This document shows positions 18,531 through 32,694 of a stretch of DNA of 64,000 bases, one piece after another (positions within the stretch are counted from its first letter, which is position 1; every line of letters starts with the position of its first letter). The stretch is from Eledone cirrhosa (taxonomy: Eukaryota), in assembly GCA_964016885.1 (NCBI GenBank), contig OZ024741.1, positions 373,798,001-373,862,000 on the forward strand, written 5' to 3'. Under the pieces are notes generated by a model. That model made no database searches and was not told the DNA's origin. It worked only from the letters and a program-made list of their open reading frames with translations. Position numbers and translations under genes: made by a program.

Positions 18531-18743
18531 TGTGCCCATCAGTGTGCAATGCATGTGTGCGTTTATGTATGTGTGTGTGTCGGCACGTTTATATCTATAG
18601 ACATCAAAAGGTATGCAAATTTCTGTATATTTGTGTTGCACCATAGAACATGTGTATTTATGTATGTCATTGTGTTTATATGTGGGTAGAGATGTATGCT
18701 GATGTAGGTATGTATGTTGACGTGTGTATGTTGTGGGTTCGTC

Positions 18744-19985
18744 TTAGGGAGAAGTGTTTAGACGGGGTCCGTATTTGTTAATAAAGTAAGATTCCTTGCT
18801 GATACGCTGGGTGTGGGTGGCATTATCTTTAAATTTGTAGAGGCGAAAGATTCTGAAGTTGGGATGATTTTGGGCGGCACAGGTATCAATGTGTTCACTC
18901 AGTGGTATTTTCCTATATTCCCGTATTTTAATTTGGGATCTATGGACAATCATGCGTTGGCGGAGGCTGTTTTTGGTTTGGCCTATGTATTGTTCTCGAC
19001 AACCTGAGCAAGTTAATACATATATTAGATTTTCTGATGCGCATGTGAAATTGTGTTTTACTATAAAACGTTGTCCTTCTTTGAAATAGAATTCAGAACC
19101 CTCTATTAGGTTGATGCAAATGCCACAGTTGGGTCTATCGCATTTTTTTACTGTGGGTTTCGTTGTTGTGGTTGGCAGTACTTTGGCATGTGTTAGGATG
19201 TTTTTCATTGACTTAGATTGTCTTTTGCTCTTTATGATATCGTGTGTTCGTAGGATTTGGTTCATTCTATGGTCCTTTTTCAACACAGGGATGTTCTGGA
19301 GGATGGTGTCAAAGGCCTCATTGTTGAGGGGGTTGTGTGAGGAGATGTATGGAAGAGCTTTTAGTTTCGGTTGATTTACTTTAGGGTGTCTAAGGTCCTG
19401 GGTACTGAGTTTTAGGGCACGTTGGATTCCATTGTCAATTTGTGATGCAGGGTAGTCCCTGCCTATGAGTGTGTCCTTTAGTTCTTGTAGCCGTAAGTAG
19501 CAGGTGTTTTTATTGGAGACTATAGTACAGATTCTCTTGGCTAAGTTGTAGGGAATATTAATTTTAACGTGTCTAGGGTGGCAAGAGTTGAAAAGAAGAT
19601 ATTGCTTGGAGTCTGTGGGCTTTTAGTATATGTCTGTTTCTATTTTTTTTGTTATGGATCTTAATGAGGATGTCGAGGAAGGGGAGTTGTTGATGGCTGT
19701 ATTCCATCGTGAAGTTAATATTCGTGTTGAGCCCATTTATAAGGGTGTGAAATTCTTTAAGTTTCTCGATGTTTTCGTGCCAAAGGATGAAGCAATCATC
19801 TAGATATCGCTTCCAGTTCCTTTCTATGTGTAAGTGGAGGGTGTTTCCAAATTTGTTTACGACTTTAGTGTAGAGGGTGATTTCCAGGTATCCCATGACT
19901 AGGTTGGCATAAGTGGGGGCTGTTTTCGTTCCCATAGCGGTCCCATATTTCTGCCTGTAGGGTTTGTTATTGAAAACGAAGTATA
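18744..19985 (-). mobile_element. 5'-truncated Penelope-like retroelement: RT C-terminal half plus GIY-YIG endonuclease
   Basis: MGTKTAPTYANL, WKRYLDD, LPFLDI; Cys linker CDRPNCGIC; NLIYVLTC..YIGQT..RQRMIVH; frameshift in poly-T near 19645. Confidence 0.92.
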
Positions 19986-20918
19986 TATAAACACTATATA
20001 TATAAACACTATATATATAAACACTATATATATAAACACTATATATGACAAAAATACCATTTAGCTTCAGGCATAGTTGTATACAAATATATTTATATAT
20101 ATAATTGGTGTTGGATGCTTAAAGCGTCCGTATGCGGTAGGCTCATAGGAAAATCTGCTTCGTAGAATCAAGACGTATCTGAGGACCTTGCGATTTTCAG
20201 AGTCAGGTTCGATCATCACATCGATTGTGCCTCGAGCTTGTCGCCAAAGAAACGATTGTAATATGTCCAATAAATTCCATTCGTCGCAACACTGATTCTC
20301 TTTTTTTCTGTGATATATATATATATTTGGTCTCTTGAGCGTTCTCCGTAGACTTTTCAATGATATACATCATTGGTGTTATATTTCATCAACAGCTACT
20401 AAGTTAGCTCCTATTTCTGATTTAAATTTTTATATCCTAAACTGTTTAACGCTGTCGTGTAGAGAGAGAGAGATTTTTACCGCAGAGCGACATTGCCGGA
20501 AACTTATGACATTTGAAATTTGATTGCCATACCTCGTGTTCCGATTTACGTCAGACTGAAATATATATACTAATCTACTCGTAGTATATTCCTCTTTGCT
20601 GATTTCCTGTTAATGAAGTAAATAGACGTTTGTTACATTATTTTATATGCGTCTTTCTCACAGACACAGCCATCTTCATGCTTATGTATATTTATTTTAG
20701 ATATTTTATTTTGATATTTGCCGCCTTGATTTTTTTCTTTTTATATATTCCTTTTTTGTTTGTTTGTTTTGTTTTGTTTTTTTATTCCGTTTATATTACA
20801 GTAGGGGGGGGGGGGGTAGAGGTAGTATATATTTTAGCTGAAAGCTAAATTGTCTGTGGAAGATCTATCGGTTCACATTAGTATCTCCAGAATAATGAGA
20901 GAGAAAAAACATTTCTAA

Positions 20919-20970
<52 letters not shown>

Positions 20971-20999
20971 GTGTGTATATATATATATATATATATATG

Positions 21000-21037
<38 letters not shown>

Positions 21038-21299
21038 AAACTGCGTGGGTTTGTTAAAGATAGTGCAAAACTACTATATATGGAGAGAAGGATAAGTTTT
21101 AGATTTGTTTATGTTAATCAAAAAAAAGATAACATTAAGAAATAATAGAATTGAGAAATTTAAGATGGAAAACAGTTAGAAAGAACTATTACGTAGACAG
21201 TAAAAACCTATAAATGATAAAGCTATGGCGAAGCACAGTTGTTTCCATTTTAAATTATGGTTGTTATTGTATGTATATATCGACCCATAACTTCTAATG

Positions 21300-22280
21300 G
21301 AGTCGTAGGGCTGCCGTCATCATACATGATGTATCTTGGGTATTTTGAACCTGGCGGAGCTCATCTCTCTCCAGGTTTGAACACAGCCGATTAATTACCG
21401 AGAAGGAGAGAGGGGTGGGGAGAATTGACCCCAAAACTGGGTTATATCGATTGGTTTATATCAACCTCTAAAAGATGAAAAGCAAATTTGACCTCGGCGG
21501 GATTTGAACGCTGAGCAAAATATTCTATCCGATGTTCTAAACATTCTGCTAATTCACTGTTTCAAAGTTGATATTATTTGTTATTGGTGGATTGGCAGTA
21601 TCGGTAAAGGGTGCGGCGCCATGCTTTGCAGCACAGAGTTAGTTACGGCCCTTTACGGTCCGAGTTCAAATCCCACCGAAGTTAACTTTGCCTTTCATCC
21701 TTACGGGGTCGATAAAAAAAAGCACCAGTAACGTACTGGGGTCGATTAATCGACTTTCCCCCTCCCCCAAAATTACTGGCCTTGTGCCTATACTAGAAAT
21801 CATTTGTTTTTAAGGGCGGTGAATTGGCAGTATCGGTAGAGGGTCGGACGTCGTGCTTTGCAGCATAGAGTTACGGCCCTTTACGGTCTGATTTTAAATC
21901 CCACCGAGGTTAATTTTGCCTTTTATCCTTACGGGGTCGATAAAATAAAGTACCAGTAATGCATTGGGGGTAATTGCTGGCCTTGTGCCAAAAGTAGAAA
22001 CAATCATTTGAAATTTACCTTTATACCTTACCTTTACCGTAAACTCTCTATGTTAGACTTATGTTTCTTTCTTTCAATGTTCTGATACGATAAATAGTGA
22101 TTTGTAATTTGGGCACAAAGCCAACAATTTAGGGGTGGGGGAATGGAAAATCGATTAGATCGATGCCAATACTTAACTTTTACTTTATTTTATCGCCCCC
22201 GGAAGGATAAACAACAAAGTTGACCACAGTGGGATTTGAACTCAGAACGTAAGGAACCTGAACCAATACTGCTACTGGGC
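21300..22280. mobile_element. Cluster of four SINE family B copies (two plus, two minus)
   Basis: Homology to 6334-6527; tandem plus copies at 21586-21802 and 21813-22006. Confidence 0.8.
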
Positions 22281-22550
22281 ATTTCTCTGAGGCTAAAGCG
22301 ATTTAAGGGTGTCAAACTGCTGCCCTAGATATTGTAAATATGTAAATTTTCTGCTTATGCAACGTTACGCAGCTTCCAAACTTCTTTTAAAAACTAATGT
22401 TTTGTTGTTTTCCATAAACATTTCGTTAAAAATGTATAACTCCATTTATTATAGTCTTCTTGGCTCCTTAACAGAAAGGTATTTTTCTTCGGATTTCTGT
22501 ATGTTCAGAATCTTTCATAAATAATTTAGCTTACGGCAAAAATAGAAGTA

Positions 22551-22612
<62 letters not shown>

Positions 22613-22701
22613 TGTTATACTTGGGGAGGGTCATATTTGTGTAATATTGCCAGAATTAATAACAGAACACACTCACTGTTTGGTTGGTTTTCGCTTCTCG
22701 C

Positions 22702-22753
<52 letters not shown>

Positions 22754-22788
22754 ATGTATGTATGTATGTATATGTATGTATATGTATG

Positions 22789-22837
<49 letters not shown>

Positions 22838-22866
22838 GTATGTATGTATATATATGTATGTATATG

Positions 22867-22898
<32 letters not shown>

Positions 22899-22983
22899 TG
22901 TATGTATATATATATGTATATATATATATGTATGTATATATATATATGTATATGTATATGTATATATATAGATATATATATAC

Positions 22984-23843
<860 letters not shown>

Positions 23844-24476
23844 TGTAAAGTTCCGACCGACAATTTCGGATTTTAAATACCCACTCTGCATCTTCCCATG
23901 CATTGAGTATTCCCATAGTTAGTGGTCACCTCGGTCTCAGCACCGCCGACTCTCTCTCTGTATATGTGTGTGTGGCGGGTGTATGGGTGTGGGGGTGTAT
24001 GTGTGTATGTGCGTGTGTATACACATTATTATATATATACATATATATAATATATATATATGTATATATATATATTACTAAAATTCTGTGATTGTGTGCT
24101 TGTCTGTAATTAAATACAGCCCAAACGGCGCATAATGGTAAAATACTTTAAAAGGAAGTTGACGCTGGAGTGGGAATACAAATGGAATAAAACAATTTCG
24201 CGTAAATTGGAGCACCGTTTCCCGAGATACGCGGTTTTTCCGTGTACCTTCATAAATAGAGAGAGAGAAAGATAGAAAGAAAGTCATAGTGTTTGTGAGA
24301 GAGTAGATTGAAAGACACCCACAAACACACACGCACGCACGCACACACACACATACATATATATATAATATATATACATATATACATATATAATAACACA
24401 CACACACACACGCACACGCACATATATATATATATATAATATATATACATATATACATATATAATATATACATGCA

Positions 24477-24544
<68 letters not shown>

Positions 24545-24559
24545 AACACACACACACCA

Positions 24560-24594
<35 letters not shown>

Positions 24595-25144
24595 AACTAG
24601 TTACGGTCAGAGATCAACTTTTTTCTGATATGACAGGAAGATTTAAAGCTAAATGTGTTTGTACAATCAGCAGCTATAAAGAACAGATCTATCCAATATG
24701 TACTCCATGGGGTAAATATCCAATAGTTCAACGAATATAAATTCATAGACCATGAATAGTAAATAATAAAGCCTGGGGAATATGTAGAGTTTTATATCAT
24801 TTTATTAGTTTTACCAACCGCAGAAAATATCAATAGTTAGGGATGCTTAAAGAATTTATATTTCAATATAGTAAGATAGGAATGCATAGTATTAAAACCA
24901 TATAAAGATGAAAATATCCCCACGTATATTACTTTACAAAAACATTGTATTCATAGAACCATGAAATTGTTTATAAAATTACTCAACTCTCAGAAGAAAT
25001 ATATATTGTATATATATATATATACACACACATTCGTACAGTCCCCACCGCCATATATGAATATATATATATATACACACACACATACACATATATATAT
25101 ATACATATACACACACACATATATATATATATATACACACACAT

Positions 25145-25182
<38 letters not shown>

Positions 25183-25184
<2 letters not shown>

Positions 25185-25461
25185 CATGAGAAGAAAGAAT
25201 ACTGCGTGGTTGCACATGGGTTACATATGATAAAAATAGTCCTTCATCAGTGATTTTCCAACCTTCATTGGTATTCCATCGCTTTAAAAATCATATACCT
25301 CCAGTTGGTGAGAGCAATAGCTAATTTGTTTCGCTCGCTTTACGCGATTTATTTGTCCCAATAGCTTTATTTAGCTATTGCTCGCACCAACTGGAAGTAT
25401 ATGATTTTTAAAGCGATGAAATACCAATGAAGGTTGGAAAATCACTGATAAAGGACTTTTT

Positions 25462-25468
<7 letters not shown>
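25183..25468. repeat. Fold-back island with ~95-bp arms; unfolded relative at 35230-35420
   Basis: agtccttcatcagtgattttccaacc...agcaatagctaa mirrored by ttagctattgct...ggttggaaaatcactgataaaggact. Confidence 0.85.
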
Positions 25469-25553
<85 letters not shown>

Positions 25554-25589
25554 GGGTGTGTATGATTGTGTATAGAAGATTATATTAAT

Positions 25590-25772
25590 AAGAGGAATTC
25601 CGACTTTATCTGATTTACTCGTTTTATTTACAATCCTTTAAAATTTATAATGGTATTATAATGAAATAGTATGATAGAATATTAAATTCTAAGTGTTAAT
25701 TGAACAAGAACTTTCATGCTTTCGCAATCTTCAGGTTCACACTCTGTGGTGACAATCAAGTTTGCAATTTTC

Positions 25773-25822
<50 letters not shown>

Positions 25823-26010
25823 TGTTGAAAATAGCAAACTTGACTGTCACCACAGAGTGTGAACCTGGAGATTGCGAAAGCATGAAAGTTCTTGTTCAAT
25901 TAACACTTAGAATTTAATATTCTACCATACTATTTCATTCTAATACCATTATAAATTTTAAAGGATTGTAAATAAAACGAGTAAATCAGACAAAGTTGGA
26001 ATTCCTTTTA
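25590..26010. repeat. Palindrome with ~185-bp arms and central (TA)n; hammerhead motif in each arm
   Basis: Minus 25701-25739: tgaac-CTGAAGA-t-tgc(gaaa)gca-t-GAAA-g(tt)c-TT-gttca; plus copy 25860-25898 has CTGGAGA. Confidence 0.85.
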
Positions 26011-26012
26011 TT

Positions 26013-26158
<146 letters not shown>

Positions 26159-26187
26159 TGTGTGTGTGTATTTATATATATATATAA

Positions 26188-26659
26188 GTTTGAGATCGGT
26201 GTGGAAGTCGGACCTTCGTAAAGATCTGAAAATCCGTCTCTTCGTTGCTACAGTGGAGTCTGTGCCACTGTACGGGTCTGCGACTTGTACACTGACCAAG
26301 AAACTCACCCAGATGGTGGATGGGTGCTACACGAGATTGCTGAGGATGGCTCTGAACATTAATCAGAATACACTAAGGATGAAGAACTCAGCTGTATGGG
26401 AGCCTCCCAAAAGTCAGTTCCAAAGTAGCACAGAGGAGACTGAGGTTAGCTGGATGCTCACCGACATTCAGAGTTGACACTGCACTCAGTGCTCCTGTGG
26501 GAGCCCCTACATGGACAAACTAGAAGAGGGAGACCGAGGTTGACATATGTTGATGCCCTAAGGACAGACACTGGCTGCGAGACAAAGGAGATAGCAGTGC
26601 AGATGAGGGACAGAGACAGCTGGAGAGACTCGTCCATGGATCTCGGAAAATTTACCCTT

Positions 26660-26660
<1 letters not shown>
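26188..26660 (+). mobile_element. RTE-group LINE 3' fragment
   Basis: LKIRLFVATVESVPLYGS..DGCYTRLLRMALN; LLWEPLHGQTRRGRPRLTYVDAL. Confidence 0.8.
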
Positions 26661-26708
<48 letters not shown>

Positions 26709-26842
26709 CACGAAGGAAGTGTGGTAAGGAACCAGATGGACCATATCGCACCAGAGTACTCAATACTTAGGGTAGTAGAGTGGGTAATAGGAAAATGTAT
26801 GAAGGTCGAAACGGCTTGAGCTCTGCCGTCGGGGTCATACTT

Positions 26843-26910
<68 letters not shown>

Positions 26911-27142
26911 ATATATTTATATATAATATATATATATGTATGTATATATATATAATATAATATATTTATATATAATATATATATATGTATGTATATATAT
27001 ATAATATAATATATTTATATATAATATATATATATGTATGTATATATATATAATATAATATATTTATATATAATATATATATATGTATGTGTATATATAT
27101 ATTATATATATAATATATGTATATATATATGTATATATAATA

Positions 27143-27191
<49 letters not shown>

Positions 27192-27355
27192 ATATATTTG
27201 TATATATATATGTATATATATATATATAAATATATTTATTTATATATAATATATATCTATGTATGTGTATATATATATAATATATATAATATATGTATAT
27301 ATATATGTATATAAAATATATTTATATATATATATATATATATATAATATATTTG

Positions 27356-27387
<32 letters not shown>

Positions 27388-27429
27388 AATATATTTATTT
27401 ATATATAATATATATATATGTATGTGTAT

Positions 27430-27482
27430 ATAAGTATGTATGTATACGTACATACATATATGTATACAGACGTACAGTAGCA

Positions 27483-27568
<86 letters not shown>

Positions 27569-27822
27569 CAGGTACACATACATATATGCACGTATCAGTT
27601 TAGTGTCAGTGTTGAACAAAAAGGTGACGTGGTTGCCTTAACACCGTACGGCATAACATTCAGGCTGTTCAGTTTGTTTACAAACGAACAAAGCGGCGTT
27701 ATAATAAGCGTCCGTAAACTGATACGTGCATATATGTATGTGTACCTGTATGTATATATTTATATATGCATGCTACTATACGTCTGTATACATATATGTA
27801 TGTACGTATACATACATACTTA
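27430..27822. repeat. Inverted repeat with ~115-bp unique spacer
   Basis: tacaggtacacatacatatatgcacgtatcagttt mirrored by aaactgatacgtgcatatatgtatgtgtacctgta; outer arms also match. Confidence 0.8.
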
Positions 27823-28173
27823 CATTTAAGTAAGTGCCGTACTAAGAGTAAGAAATAAAATTTCGTTTTCATTTTATTTCAACCTATGTGTATATATATA
27901 TTATATATATATATATAATATAATATATTTGTATATATATATGTATATATATATATATATATAAATATATTTATATATATATAATATATATATATATAAT
28001 ATAATATATTTATATATATATGTATATATATAATATATATATGTATGTATGTATGTATATATATATATTATATATATGTATATATATATATGTATATATA
28101 ATATATATATACTATATATATGTATATATGTATGTATATATAATATATATAATATATTTATATATATAATATA

Positions 28174-28247
<74 letters not shown>

Positions 28248-28306
28248 GTGTGTGTGTGTATGTATATATATATATATATATGTATAATGTTTATATATAA
28301 ATATAT

Positions 28307-28738
28307 ATTATAAAATAACAGGAGGCTGGACTGGTGTAAATCAGACATGAGGGCGACCGAACATTTAGCAGCTTCTACCCCGGTCGGCCGCCCTCCGACC
28401 GGGGTAGAAGCTACTAAATGTTCGGTCGCCCTCATGTCTCTGATTTTCAGCCCCATGGATTTTATCTATTATATTCCTTTGTTATATTTCGAATTCCTGA
28501 TACTGTCACTGGATTCATACTGAACCCGGTCATTGAAATGATCATAGTATAATAAACCTTTAAGGAATTACACCAGACCAGCCTCCTGTTATTTTATAAT
28601 AGTTAACTCCGTACTCGCACCACCAACAACACAAACGAAGACGGGTGAGTTGCATTACGTCGAGTGCTCTCCCTAATATTACATCAAGGTTGACCATACG
28701 GAATGACCAGTTCTATCCAGTGGTGAACCAACAAGCCT

Positions 28739-28740
<2 letters not shown>
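28307..28740. mobile_element. Doubly folded island with a degenerate hammerhead-like motif
   Basis: Inner hairpin 28346-28439; outer arms 28307-28339 and 28568-28600; GAAA-t(gatc)a-TA near 28535, but the core reads CTGATAC. Confidence 0.6.
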
Positions 28741-28773
<33 letters not shown>

Positions 28774-28792
28774 CTATTTTATTTGTCATTCT

Positions 28793-28830
28793 TTCTTCTG
28801 TTGGAGGACTAGCGTCCGAAACGTTAAGAA
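28793..28830 (+). ncRNA. Core-mutated hammerhead with loopless stem III
   Basis: ttctt-CTGTTGG-a-ggac(tagc)gtcc-GAAA-cg-TT-aagaa; 3' half recurs at 45861. Confidence 0.55.
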
Positions 28831-28922
28831 CCTCTTCCTGCTATATCAAGCGCGTTTACGTAAAATATACTTTCCATATACTGTACCGATTGTGTTGTTA
28901 TTTCTGTTTACCTTTTACATAC

Positions 28923-28955
<33 letters not shown>

Positions 28956-29029
28956 GTGTATATATATATGTATATATATATAATATATGTATATATATAT
29001 CTGTATATATGTATATATATATATATGTG

Positions 29030-29062
<33 letters not shown>

Positions 29063-29078
29063 GTATATATAATATATG

Positions 29079-29110
<32 letters not shown>

Positions 29111-29161
29111 ATATATGTATATATATATATAATATATGTATATATATATATATAATATATG

Positions 29162-29205
<44 letters not shown>

Positions 29206-29442
29206 GTATATATATATATATAATATATGTATGTATATATATATATATATATATGTATATATAATATATGTATATATAATATATGTATATATAATATATG
29301 TATATATAATATATGTATATATAATATATGTATATATAATATATGTATATATATATATATATATATGTATATATAATATATGTATATATATATGTATGTA
29401 TATATATATATAATATATGTATATATATATATATAATATATG

Positions 29443-29474
<32 letters not shown>

Positions 29475-29481
29475 ATATATG

Positions 29482-29514
<33 letters not shown>

Positions 29515-29605
29515 GTATATGTATATATATATATGTATATATACAATATATGTATATATATATAATATATGTATATATATATATATGTTTATATATATAT
29601 ATATG

Positions 29606-29670
<65 letters not shown>

Positions 29671-29931
29671 ATATATATATATATATGTGTATATATATAT
29701 GTATATATATATGTGTATATATATATATATATGTGTATATATATATGTATATATATATGTATATATATATATATATATGTATATTTATATATGTGTATTT
29801 GTATTTTGATCATGCTTTATTTTTATTTATTATTTATTATATTTTTGTCTTTATTTGTTAATTTTTCATTCGCACCGTTTCCTTTCGCTATATGTCTCTC
29901 CACCACTCCCCTACACACCTTTTGAACTCTC

Positions 29932-29963
29932 ACCTGAAGAAGGGCTTATGCCCGAAACGTCGT
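29932..29963 (+). ncRNA. Hammerhead motif with loopless stem III
   Basis: CTGAAGA-a-gggc(ttat)gccc-GAAA-cg-TC; stem I only 2 bp in this copy. Confidence 0.55.
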
Positions 29964-30049
29964 CCTCCACCTACCCCCCACTCTCCTGAGCGTGAATTTA
30001 ATAAACATTTATCTTACTGCCTCTCTGTTCTGTCCCTGTTCAATGTTTC

Positions 30050-30112
<63 letters not shown>

Positions 30113-30117
30113 ATATA

Positions 30118-30163
<46 letters not shown>

Positions 30164-30290
30164 TTATATGTGTATATATGTATATATGTATATATATGTG
30201 TATATATGTATATATGTATATATATATGTGTATATATGTATATATGTATATATATGTATGTATATATGTATATATGTATATATATGTATG

Positions 30291-30330
<40 letters not shown>

Positions 30331-30407
30331 TGTATGTATATATATATGTATGTATATATATATGTATGTATGTATATATATATGTATATATGTATATATG
30401 TATATAT

Positions 30408-31016
30408 TGTGTCAGGTCACCAGTTGGTGCTACTGGTAACATGTATCCCAGTACAACCTGTCCCATGGTCGGGTCGTTGGCGACTAAACTGGCAACCCCA
30501 CCAAGGTTTCTTGGCGAGGAGGGTGACTTTGGACATCCTGCAGGACTAAAAACAAAACCTGTCAAAGGGCAAAGGAGCTCTTTAGAGTCAATGGCCATCC
30601 AAAATCACTGGGAGAAATGACCCCTTAGCCTTTGTCAAGGCAGAATTCTAGGAGAAGGAAAACTCTGATATAACACCTGCAACCCTGATGGTATCCAATG
30701 ATGTTGACTTGTTCTTCTTTTTGGTAAATATTATCTTGGTTAAGAGAGTGGGACTGGCTTTGTGCAGTGCCTTTGCTCACTATAAAAGCTTCACGGCACA
30801 GGCATTGCTTTATATCTGGAGATCTCTCTGCACTTGTCGTCACATGGTACCATGGGCCCAGCACTATGTGTCAATAATTGTCACAAGTGTAGTGTTTGTA
30901 CCAGAGTTTTCAAGTCGCTGGCTGGACTAAAAAGTCACACTCGTTCAGCGCATCGGTAGGGGTTCTCCTACATGGATATAAAGTAATGGCCGTACTCGAA
31001 AACGAGTTGGCAGCCA

Positions 31017-31020
<4 letters not shown>
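30408..31020 (+). mobile_element. Bipartite RTE-derived non-autonomous element, full copy
   Basis: Middle matches the RTE 5' UTR at 53460-53700; 3' part encodes [20 protein letters not shown], like the RTE C-terminal finger; 3' fragments at 42487, 45050 and 45655. Confidence 0.85.
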
Positions 31021-31064
<44 letters not shown>

Positions 31065-31099
31065 ATATATATATGTATATATATATGTATATATATATG

Positions 31100-31132
<33 letters not shown>

Positions 31133-31183
31133 GTGTATATATATACGTATATATATATATATATATGTGTGTGTATATATATG

Positions 31184-31214
<31 letters not shown>

Positions 31215-31233
31215 GTATATATATATATGTGTA

Positions 31234-31280
<47 letters not shown>

Positions 31281-31563
31281 ATATATATATATATTATATA
31301 TATACATATGGATATGTATATATATATATGTGTATATATATATATATATATTATATATATACATATGGATATGTATATATATATATATGTGTATATATAT
31401 ATATACATATGGATATGTATATATATATATGTGTATATATATATATATTATATATATACATATGGATATGGATATATATATATGTGTATATATATATATT
31501 ATATATATACATATGGATATGTATATATATATATGTGTATATATATATTATATATATACATAT

Positions 31564-31615
<52 letters not shown>

Positions 31616-31677
31616 ATATATATACATCTATATGTATATATGTACATCTATATGTATATACACACACACACAAACAG

Positions 31678-31717
<40 letters not shown>

Positions 31718-32694
31718 GTGTGTGTATCAAGTACCAGTAATGCACTGGGATAATTGCTGGCCTTGCGCCAAAAGTAGAAACAAATCTAAACTATAATAAA
31801 GCAAGGAGTGCGGGACAGCGTCCAGAATATATTTTGTATCCCGTTAGTAAAATAAGTTGGATTACTTTGAATAAATAATTGTTTCTACTTTTGGCACAAG
31901 GCCAGCAATTATCCCAGGGTATTACTGGTACTTTATTTTATCGACCCCATAAGGATGAAAGGCAAAGTTTTACCTCGGCGGGATTTGAACTCAGATCAGA
32001 ATCAATATTACATAACTCTTTGAATATATAATGAATGAATATTACATAATTTATCTACTCAATTTCGTAAACAAAAATAATTTCGTAAAAATAAATAATT
32101 TCAAATTGACTTCTTTTCAAAGTTGCACTTCCGGTATCTCGTCGGCAGCAGCACCACCACTTCAATCTAAACTATAATAATATATATAGAAAGAGAGAGT
32201 TTGTGATGAGAGAGATAGAGATTATACACATACATTCACACAAATATACATACATTCACACAAATATACATACATTCACACAAATATACATACTTTCACT
32301 CATTTACTTTCTCCCAAACATACATACATTCACACATATACATTTAAACAAACACACACATACAGTCATGATAGCGTTCTGTTTAATTGGAGATAGGAGG
32401 GTATACTTTCACACAAATATACATACATTCGCACAAATATACATACATTCACACAAACATACATACATTCATACATACTATCACACAAACATACATACAT
32501 TCACACATATACATTTACACAAACATACATACATTCATACATTTACATGTACACAAACACATACATACAGTCATGATAGCGTTCAGTTTAATGGGAGGGT
32601 AAAACAAGTATAACTTTTTATTTATTTATGAACTCTTTATTTTGAAAACTCATTTAATGTAATGGTTACAGAAGGAAAACACTAACAAATATAA

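Noticed and set aside
20100-20560. CpG-richer unique stretch as a promoter
   Set aside because: Only short generic motifs and no linked gene.
25230-25260. CTGATGA-aggact (minus strand; also 25445 and 35350)
   Set aside because: No partner stem II strand or GAAA downstream; at best a deleted remnant.
30408-30530. HDV-like ribozyme expected at RTE 5' ends
   Set aside because: Hairpins and a CTAA are present, but I could not build the nested double pseudoknot by eye; needs a descriptor search.
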